Origin: an uncultured Gemmatimonadales bacterium
GTDB lineage: Bacteria > Gemmatimonadota > Gemmatimonadetes > Gemmatimonadales > Gemmatimonadaceae
Assembly: GCA_963851265.1 (NCBI GenBank)
Contig: CAWKNZ010000010.1
Location: forward strand, 128,001-192,000
Length of the DNA stretch: 64,000 nt
Direction: 5' to 3'
The notes under the pieces are model-generated. The model had not been told where the DNA came from. It ran no database searches and was given only the letters and a program-made list of their open reading frames with translations. How positions within the stretch are numbered: position 1 is the stretch's first letter; each line of letters starts with the position of its first letter. The translations under genes were made by a program, and so were the position numbers. This document shows, piece after piece, positions 57,070 through 64,000 of this stretch.

Positions 57070-58277
57070 TCGTAGTCGCGGCCTGCACCGCCGTTTGTTC
57101 CGCCGCGCTGGCGCTCGGTCCCGGCGCGGCCGGCAGTCAGTCGCCCGCGCTGAACACCGCGCCGCGCGCATCGCGGGGCGCCCCGGCGGGCGCGCCGAAC
57201 GTTCCCGCCGCGGGGTCGTTTGGCGTGGTGTACGGCGTGGTGTACGATTCGCTCGGGCGCGGGCCGCTCGCGGGGGCCACCGTGCAGCTCGCGCGCGCCG
57301 GCGACCGGCCCGGCGGTGGCGCCGTGACGGCGGACTTCACGGGGGCGTTCCGAATGGATTCGCTCGCGCCGCGGCGCTACGTCGTCGGCATCGAGCACCC
57401 GCGGCTCGAGCTGCTGGGCATCGAGATCTGCCCGCGGCTCGTCGAGCTCGGGCCCGGCGGGGACGCGGTCCGCGTCGACCTCGGTCTGCCGGCCCTCGCG
57501 CGGGTGCGGCGTGCGGTGTGTGGGAGCCCGCAGCCGCCGGCCGACTCGTCGGGCCTGCTCGCGGGCCGCGTGCGCGACGAGGGCGGCAACGCGCCCCTGG
57601 CCGGCGCCGCGGTCGCCCTCGCCTGGTCGGAGCTCACCGTCGGACGCGGCAGGCCGCCCGGTGCCCCGGGCCCGGGTCCTCGTCTGGGGCACTGCCGCCG
57701 AGGCGGTCGGGGGCGCGGACGAGGGGTTCAGCCTCACCGGGCTCCCCGCGGGCACCTGCACGTTCGAGGCGCGGGCCATCGGCTTCGCGCCCCATCGGGT
57801 CGCCATCGACCTCGCGGCCGGCCGCAGCGGCACGCTCGACGTGCGCATGGGTCGCCCAGTGCATATCCTCGGGCCGGTGACCGTTTTCGGCGAGCCCGGT
57901 GCAGCGTCGCCGCTGGTCCAGGGGTTTCTCGACCGGCGGCAGCACAGCGCCGTCGGCCACTTCCTCACGGCCGAGGACGTCGTCCGCTTGGCGCCGGTCG
58001 ACGTGTTCGGCGCGTCACGCGGGGTCGGCGGACTGCGGGTCGTCCCGAATGGCCACATGGGCTCCACCGTGCTCGGCTTCACCCCGGGGGGTTGCCCTGC
58101 CGAGCGGCGATATTCCTCAACGGGCAGATCCTAGATGCGAACGACGAGATCGACGTCCATGTCGCTCCGCACGACGTGGCCGGCGTCGCGGTCTACCGCA
58201 CCCCGGAAATCGCCCCGTCTCAGATCATGGGCACGCACAGAATCGAGTGCTCCGTCGCGATGATCTGGACCCGGTAG
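57070..58277 (+). pseudogene. Carboxypeptidase-regulatory-like / plug-domain secreted protein with two compensating frameshifts
   Basis: GVVYDSLGRGPLAGATV and GRVRD..PLAGA in one frame, LTGLPAGT..EARAIGFAP in another (about 57640-58090), then back to IFLNG...VAGVAVY...VAMIWTR. Start approximate. Confidence 0.6.
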
Positions 58278-58316
58278 CGGCGCTCGGCCGGCCGACACGC
58301 CGGCGCGGCGCGACCC

Positions 58317-58432
58317 GGGTTCGGCACCCGTCCGCTGCTTCGCGCTGTCACGCACCCCCGCCGCCTGCGACGGTACCCGCTGGGGCGGACGGGCGTCCCC
58401 GCGTACTCGATAGCTGCAATGCCACGTTAGGC
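58317..58432 (-). repeat. Degenerate attC-like site
   Basis: 58382-58432 aligns closely with 61611-61660 and ends in GTTAGGC. The opposite core box is decayed. Confidence 0.55.
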
Positions 58433-58435
58433 GGC

Positions 58436-59759
58436 GGGTACAGACCGGGTTGATTGTTGACACGCCTGACCGGGAGGAGGGTTGACACTGCTCACTTGCA
58501 TGGCGGACCCTCAGGAGGGACGCCATGCCCTGGCAGGAGACCGACCCCGTGGACCAGCGCGAGCGCTTCATCGCCGACCATCACCGCTCGCTCTAGTCTA
58601 TGACGGAGTTCTGCGCCCGCTACGGCGTGAGCCGTCAGACCGGGTACAAGTGGCGCGCTCGGTACGACGCGGGCGGCCGCCCGGCACTCCGCGAGCGCAG
58701 CCACGCGCCGCATGCGTGTCCCCGTCGGGTCGAGGACGCCGTGGCGGAGCTGCTCGTCGCCGCCCGCGACGCGCACCCGAGCTGGGGGCCGCGCAAGCTG
58801 TTCGCCTGGCTGGCGCCGCGGCACCCGCGCGTCGCCGCCTGGCCGGCCGCGAGCACCACCGGCGACCTGCTCGTGCGGCGCGGCCTCGTGAAGGCGCGGC
58901 GGCGGCGGCGGGCGCCCGTGCATCCCGGCGTGGTGCCCGCGACAACGGCCGCGCCGAACGATCTGTGGGCGCTCGACTTCAAAGGACAGTTCCGCATGCG
59001 CGACGGCGTGTACTGCTATCCGCTAACGGTCGCCGACCTCCACACGCGCGACTTGCTCGACTGCCGCGGCCTGCCCTCGACCGAGGGGCACGACGCGCGG
59101 CGCGCGCTGGAGCGGGCGTTCCGCACCTACGGCCTGCCGCGCGCGATCCGCACGGACGCCGGCGTCCCGTTCGCCACCCGCGGCGTGCACGGGCTCTCGC
59201 CGCGCAACGTGTGGTGGCTCCGCCTCGGCATCGTGCACCAGCGCATCCTCCCGGGCTGCCCCCAGCAGAATGGGGCCCACGATCGCATGCACCGCACGCT
59301 CGAGGCGGAGGCGCGCCGGCGGCCGCAGGGGACGCGCGCCGCGCAGCAGCGCCGCTTCGACGCCTTCCGGGCGGGAGAATCCCGCCACGCGTACAACGCC
59401 GAGCGGCCGCGCGAGGCGTTAGGCGGGAACACGCCGGCGTCACGCTACACGCCCTCGACGCGGCCCTACCCGGCGCGTCGCCCGCCGCTCGACTACCCCG
59501 GGCACTACCGGGTGAAGCGCGTGACCAACGCCGGCACGTTCCGCTTCAAGGACCGGCTGCTCTTCCTCGCGAACGCGCTCAAGCAGCACCACATCGGGCT
59601 CGAGGAGTCCGACGCCGGCGTGTGGTCGATCTACTTGGGCCCTGTCCTCCTCGCCCGCCTGGACGAGCGCGACCACGTCATCCGCGGCTGACCCCGCGTG
59701 CACACAGCGTCAACCATCATCCCGGTCTACGCTGTCAACGATCAACCCGGTTGCTGACG
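58436..59759 (+). mobile_element. IS481-family insertion sequence (probably inactive)
   Basis: About 50-bp imperfect terminal IRs with internal repeats (ccgggttgattgttgaca...gttgacac / gtcaac...tgtcaacgatcaacccgg). Confidence 0.85.
58525..59691 (+). pseudogene. IS481 transposase with premature stop
   Basis: MPWQETDPVDQRERF, in-frame TAG at 58594-58596, then WALDFKGQF, IRTDAG, QQNGAHDRMHRTL. Confidence 0.85.
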
Positions 59760-59979
59760 ATCGCGTTTGGGATCGGCAGCGCACACGCATCGCGTTCCTT
59801 AGCTGGTCAGCCACAACGCAGGCGGCCGTTCCGGAGCACCGTTCCGGAGCACCGTTCCGATGTCGGTCATCGCGGCAGCTACCCGATCGCGCGTTGAAGC
59901 ACGCGGCACGACGTACGTCCTCGCGTCGAGCGATGCCACCAGCGGTAGCCAACGCTCGCGTACGGCGACCGCTCACGCG

Positions 59980-60885
59980 CTACTGCTTATCCAAAAACGC
60001 AAAAACTCGCTCGTACGCCGTTTCCAACTCGCCGGCAGAGGGACTGTGGCGCCCTTCCGGTACGAACATCACCTCGTTCTTTCGCTTGTCCCGCTGGAGC
60101 ACGTTCACAAACTGGACAAACGTGACCGGCGGCACTTGGTCGTCCTGCCCCCCGTGCCAGATGAAAAATGGCGGGTCCTTCGGGTCCAGATAGGAGAGGG
60201 GCTCGTAGCGCCGGGTCACTTCTCGTGGCGCGTGCCCCCGTGTCTCGGGGAAGAGGGCGAGCCCAATTTCCTTCATGATGGGCACTGGGTTGTTCACGAA
60301 CACGGCTTCCACCACGTCGAGTCCCCCCACCGGACCTGAGAAGTTGACCACGGCGGCAATGCCAATCCCTGCGGCCAACGGGTGCGCGTACGTGGGGTCG
60401 TTGGCGGTCACGGCGACGAGGCTGGCAATGTGGGCTCCGGCAGAAAAGCCCGAGAGCACGACCCGCTGCAGGTTCACGGCGTACGCACCCTGATGCCCCT
60501 GCAGGAAGTTGAGGGCGAGGGTCAAGTCTTCCGTAGCGACCGGAATTCCCCGCTTGAGCCGGTAGTTCAGGTTGACGACAGTCACACCTCGTTGCAGATA
60601 CGGCTGGATGTAGCGCTCCTCCTTGGTCTTGTCGCTGAGGTAATAGCCCCCGCCGTGCATGAATACCAAGGTGTAGTTCGCGCGACGTCCTCGGCTGGCC
60701 TCCCTCGGCACGTACACATCCATGGTTTGCTCCGAATCAGTCCCGTAGGCCACGTCCCTCGTGACGGCATACGTAGCCAGTGCCTGCGCCGGAGTCATGT
60801 TGGCCACGGGAGCCCGCTTCACCGAACATCCGGCGAGGAGGACCGTCACCGCGGCGACACGGAACCAATGCTGCGAACGTCGCAT
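59980..60885 (-). CDS. Alpha/beta hydrolase (esterase) lipoprotein, cassette-borne
   Basis: LAGC signal, HGGGY, GFSAG, HGGQDDQVP, GRH. Visibly lower GC than the backbone. Confidence 0.88.
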   Translation of the reverse strand: MRRSQHWFRVAAVTVLLAGCSVKRAPVANMTPAQALATYAVTRDVAYGTDSEQTMDVYVPREASRGRRANYTLVFMHGGGYYLSDKTKEERYIQPYLQRGVTVVNLNYRLKRGIPVATEDLTLALNFLQGHQGAYAVNLQRVVLSGFSAGAHIASLVAVTANDPTYAHPLAAGIGIAAVVNFSGPVGGLDVVEAVFVNNPVPIMKEIGLALFPETRGHAPREVTRRYEPLSYLDPKDPPFFIWHGGQDDQVPPVTFVQFVNVLQRDKRKNEVMFVPEGRHSPSAGELETAYERVFAFLDKQ

Positions 60886-60935
60886 GCGAGGGAGAGGCTG
60901 AGAAGAAGGATAGGGACAACGAGACTCGGGGAGCC

Positions 60936-61056
60936 GCCTAACACCCGAAGTTCGGCGGCGGGCCCTCTGGGCGCCCGAGCGGCATCCCCGCTGCGGTCAC
61001 CCGCGGGCGCGGCGTGGCGTCCGTGCACACCCGACTGCTACAACTCACCGTTAGGC
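60936..61056 (-). repeat. Integron attC site
   Basis: GCCTAAC...GTTAGGC, 121 bp, inner boxes pair with two extrahelical bases. The stop of the upstream cassette gene lies inside the R'' box. Confidence 0.8.
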
Positions 61057-61518
61057 GGCCGGTGTGCCGGGGCCGTCCCGCCCCAGGCCTAGCGCACCGG
61101 ATGGCGAATCGGGAACCTGCAGCGCGTGCCCGAGCGCCGAAGGGGGGTCCGCCAATGCGGGTGGACAAACCTCCATGGCGCGGATCGCGCCATGCTCGAT
61201 GGTGAACCGGTGACCGACGTGCGCGTCTGCAAGCACGGCGCCAGCCAAGTCGCGCACGACCTGATGCACCTCAATCCGGACCTGAGCGCGGCCCTCCGGG
61301 TGGAAGGCAACTGGCTCGACGTGGGGATTGATCTCGCTCCACTGCTCCGTCCAGTACGCGCGGACCGCGTCACGTCCACGGACGAAGCCGCCCTTGAACG
61401 CCCTCGGCCACACCACATCGGGAGTCACGCGGGCGAGGGCGGCCTCGATGTCCCGCGCGTTGAAGGCCGCGTACACTGCGCGGAGCAGGTCGATCCCTGT
61501 CATGGATTGATCTGGCAT
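61051..61518 (-). CDS. SnoaL/NTF2-like protein, cassette-borne
   Basis: LLRAVYAAFNARDIEAALARVTPDVVWP...GRDAVRAYW; TAA stop within GCCTAAC. Confidence 0.85.
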   Translation of the reverse strand: MPDQSMTGIDLLRAVYAAFNARDIEAALARVTPDVVWPRAFKGGFVRGRDAVRAYWTEQWSEINPHVEPVAFHPEGRAQVRIEVHQVVRDLAGAVLADAHVGHRFTIEHGAIRAMEVCPPALADPPSALGHALQVPDSPSGALGLGRDGPGTPAA

Positions 61519-61543
61519 GACGCGTATGAGGTAATGGGTCGCC

Positions 61544-61660
61544 GCCGAACGCCCCCGTTCTGCTGCAAGCTGTCGGGGCGGCACGACGGGTGCGGAGGCG
61601 AGTGACGGCCGGGGCGGACGGGCATCCCCGCGAACTGGCAGCGGCAACGTCATGTTAGGC
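61544..61660 (-). repeat. Integron attC site
   Basis: GCCGAAC-gcccc-CGTTCTGCTGC ... GCAGCGGCAACG-tcat-GTTAGGC, 117 bp, with an extra base in the L box. Confidence 0.78.
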
Positions 61661-61667
61661 GATTCCG

Positions 61668-62987
61668 TGGTATGATCCGGGCTGAGGGGTGACACAACAT
61701 TCTAGGCTGAGGGGTGACACCCGCCAGACTTCGGGCACTCTCTACGGAGGTGCCCATGCCCTGGAGCGAGACCACCCCGACGGACGAGCGCCTGCAGTTC
61801 GTCGCCGACCTGCGCCGCGGGACGGACGAGATGGCCGTACTCTGCCGCCGCTATGGCGTGAGCCGCAAGACCGGGTACAAATGGCGCGACCGGTACGCCG
61901 CCGAGGGCGCGGCCGGCCTCGCGGAACGCTCGCACGCGGTGCACATCTGCCCGCACGCGACCGCGCCGGACGCCGTCGACGCGCTCGGCGAGCTGCGCCG
62001 CCGGCACCCGACCTGGGGCCCGAAGAAGCTGCTGACCGTGCTCGCGGCACGCCGACCGCGGCTCGCGCTCCCGGCGCCCAGTACCGCGGCCGCACGACGC
62101 AAACGCGCCGGCCTCGTCACGAGTCGCACGAGACGCCGCACGCCGGGCCACCCCGGCCGCCCCACGGCGGCGATGGACGCGCCGAACGCGATCTGGACGG
62201 CCGACTTCAAGGGCGAGTTCAAGACCCGCGACGGGGTGTACTGCTACCCGCTCACCGTGTGCGACGGCTACAGCCGCACGCTGCTCGCCTGCCGCGGCCT
62301 ACCCTCGACGCGTACCGCCGGCGCGCGGCCCGTCGTCGAGCGCCTGTTCTGCGAGCATGGCCTGCCCGCGCGCATCCGGAGCGACAACGGCGTGCCCTTC
62401 GCGACCATCGCGTTGGGCCGCCTCTCGACGTTGAGCGTCCGGTGGGTGCGCCTCGGCATCCTGCCCGACCTGATCGAGCCGTCCTCGCCGCAACAGAACG
62501 GGCAGCACGAACGCATGCACCACACACTCACAGCCGAGGCGACCCGGCCCGCGGCGGCCACCATGGCCGCGCAGCAGCGCGTCTTCGACCGCTTCCGCCG
62601 CGAGTACAACGAGGAGCGGCCGCATGAGGCGTTAGGCAAAGCCACCCCGGCCAGCCGGTACGCGCCGTCGCCGCGGCCGTACCCCACCCGGCTGCCCCCG
62701 CTCGAGTACCCGGCGCATTGGGAGGTGCGCCGCGTCAGCCGCAACGGCGGTATCCGGTGGTACGACGCGTGGGTGAACGTGAGCCATGTGCTCGCGGAGG
62801 AGTACGTCGGCTTCGAGGAGATCGACGCTGGCGTATGGAACGTGGCGTTCGGGCCGCTCGTGCTCGGCCGCTTCGACGAGCGCACGCTCAAGATCACCGA
62901 CGTGAACGGTTACCGCAGCCGCGACCCCCGGCAGGTGTAACCCATCAGGCGAGAACGAAGTGTCACCTATCATCCCGGCCGGACACA
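61668..62987 (+). mobile_element. IS481-family insertion sequence
   Basis: Imperfect IRs (ccgggctgaggggtgacac...gctgaggggtgacac / gtgtaacccatcaggc...gtgtcacctatcatcccgg..aca). Confidence 0.87.
61756..62940 (+). CDS. IS481 transposase (intact ORF)
   Basis: MPWSETT, GVSRKTGYKW, WTADFKGEF, IRSDNG, QQNGQHERMH (DDE). Confidence 0.92.
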   Translation: MPWSETTPTDERLQFVADLRRGTDEMAVLCRRYGVSRKTGYKWRDRYAAEGAAGLAERSHAVHICPHATAPDAVDALGELRRRHPTWGPKKLLTVLAARRPRLALPAPSTAAARRKRAGLVTSRTRRRTPGHPGRPTAAMDAPNAIWTADFKGEFKTRDGVYCYPLTVCDGYSRTLLACRGLPSTRTAGARPVVERLFCEHGLPARIRSDNGVPFATIALGRLSTLSVRWVRLGILPDLIEPSSPQQNGQHERMHHTLTAEATRPAAATMAAQQRVFDRFRREYNEERPHEALGKATPASRYAPSPRPYPTRLPPLEYPAHWEVRRVSRNGGIRWYDAWVNVSHVLAEEYVGFEEIDAGVWNVAFGPLVLGRFDERTLKITDVNGYRSRDPRQV

Positions 62988-62990
62988 CGC

Positions 62991-63509
62991 TCACTGGCGG
63001 CAGTACCGCCGGCCGGTGCAGGACTGTGGGGCGAACACCTCGCGGACGATCTCCCACACGCTGGCCCGCTCGCGCCAGACCGCGTAGTACGTGCCGCGGA
63101 TCTCGGTCGGCTCCCCCTGCTCGAGCCACGTCTCCCGCCAGTGACCATACTCCGTCGCGAGTACGCCCCCGAAGACCGCGCTCGCCTCCAGCCGCTCGGG
63201 CACCTCGACGAGCCCGAACTGCGGGCGCCGCGCCATGTTCCGCGCGAGCCCCGCTACGTAGCGGTCCCGCCCGGCACTGGCGAAGAACGGTGACGCCTGG
63301 ACGATGCTGTCCGCCGCCAGCCGCGCCAGCGCCCCAGTGTCGCGCGCGGCGACGGCCGCGTTCCACCGCGCCCGCGCTGCCCGGACCGCCGACAGGGAGC
63401 CGGCGGGCGCGGCGCTCGCGGAGGCCGCACTCTCGGGCGCCGCCATCCGGCGAGCGCAGCCGAGTGCGACGGCCAACAGGCCAGTAACACCCAGGCGGGC
63501 GACCCGCAT
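62991..63509 (-). CDS. DUF4440/NTF2-like lipoprotein, cassette-borne
   Basis: ALGC signal, RARWNAAVAARD, ATEYGHW, RGTYYAVWR...WEIVREVF. Preceded on the minus strand by GTTAGAC. Confidence 0.75.
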   Translation of the reverse strand: MRVARLGVTGLLAVALGCARRMAAPESAASASAAPAGSLSAVRAARARWNAAVAARDTGALARLAADSIVQASPFFASAGRDRYVAGLARNMARRPQFGLVEVPERLEASAVFGGVLATEYGHWRETWLEQGEPTEIRGTYYAVWRERASVWEIVREVFAPQSCTGRRYCRQ

Positions 63510-63563
63510 GCGGCACTCTCCGGGAAGTAGGTGGCGTAACACGGCGGGAGGTGGCGGTCTAAC

Positions 63564-64000
63564 GACGCTATAGGAAAAGCCCGAGATTTCTCTGGCGTTA
63601 GGCAGATCCGGGCGCAAGATTGGCGGTGTCGCGTTGCTGCCGTGCTGCCCCGCCCCCGAGCGCCCCGCCCATGGCCCGCTACAAGCATATCGACCAGAGC
63701 CCGCGGTTTCTGCCGGTCGACTTGGCCGCGCAGCTCCTGCCCGGCACGTTCGAGCACGCGGCGTATCATCTCCTGCGCGGCGCAATCGACCTGTCGCGCT
63801 TCGACGCCCGGTTCCGCAACGACGCCACGGGGGCGCCCGCGTACCCGCCCGCGATGCTCCTCACGGTCGTACTGTGTGCGTACGCACACGGCGGCGTCAG
63901 CAGTCGCGCCATCGAACGGCTCTGCCGTGAACACGTCACGTTCATCGCGCTGTGTGGAGACACGGCGCCCCACTTCACCACGATCGCCCAGTTCGTCAGC
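63564..64000 (+). mobile_element. IS1182-family element, left end and 5' part of transposase (ATG 63671, runs off window)
   Basis: My translation: MARYKHIDQSPRFLPVDLAAQLLPGTFE...GAPAYPPAMLL...SSRAIERLCREHVTFIALCGDTAPHFTTIA (DUF772-like). Putative end GACGCTATAGGAAAAGCCC at 63564. Confidence 0.8.

Noticed and set aside
59810..59900. Possible additional attC (CCACAAC...GTTGAAG) downstream of the esterase cassette
   Set aside because: Core boxes deviate from RYYYAAC/GTTRRRY and inner pairing is poor. It may be a remnant but cannot be supported.
63557..63603. GTCTAAC...GTTAGGC as a complete 47-bp attC
   Set aside because: Too short, with weak L boxes. Better explained as an attC core abutting an IS1182 end.

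Overview
A very GC-rich (roughly 75%) bacterial window with four blocks. (1) 1-38.9 kb is an essentially complete type-II anoxygenic photosynthesis gene cluster (PGC): hemJ-hemF-hemA-bchP-bchG, ppsR-aerR/ppaA, bchFNBHLM-hyp-acsF-lhaA-puhA(split)-puhBC-tspO, pufBALMC, bchO, crtF-bchCXYZ and bchID-puhE, with tandem PpsR operators. The split H subunit, acsF directly after bchM, bchO between bchZ and pufB, and a C5-pathway glutamyl-tRNA reductase all point to a phototrophic Gemmatimonadota (inference). (2) 39-50.3 kb is a respiratory operon: a XoxF-like PQQ dehydrogenase with the lanthanide-binding WDYDG motif, a cytochrome c, a CuA+heme c subunit II, a fused subunit I+III heme-copper oxidase lacking the canonical D-channel Glu and K-channel Lys, and a CtaG-cytochrome c fusion. 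A Crp/Fnr regulator sits divergent from it. (3) 50.4-58.3 kb holds accessory genes, several frameshifted. (4) 58.3-64 kb is an integron-like gene-cassette array with attC sites, no integrase in the window, two IS481 elements and the start of an IS1182 element abutting an attC core. Across the whole window the heptamer GTTAGGC/GCCTAAC is strongly over-represented. Starts and alignments were read by eye; no database searches were run.
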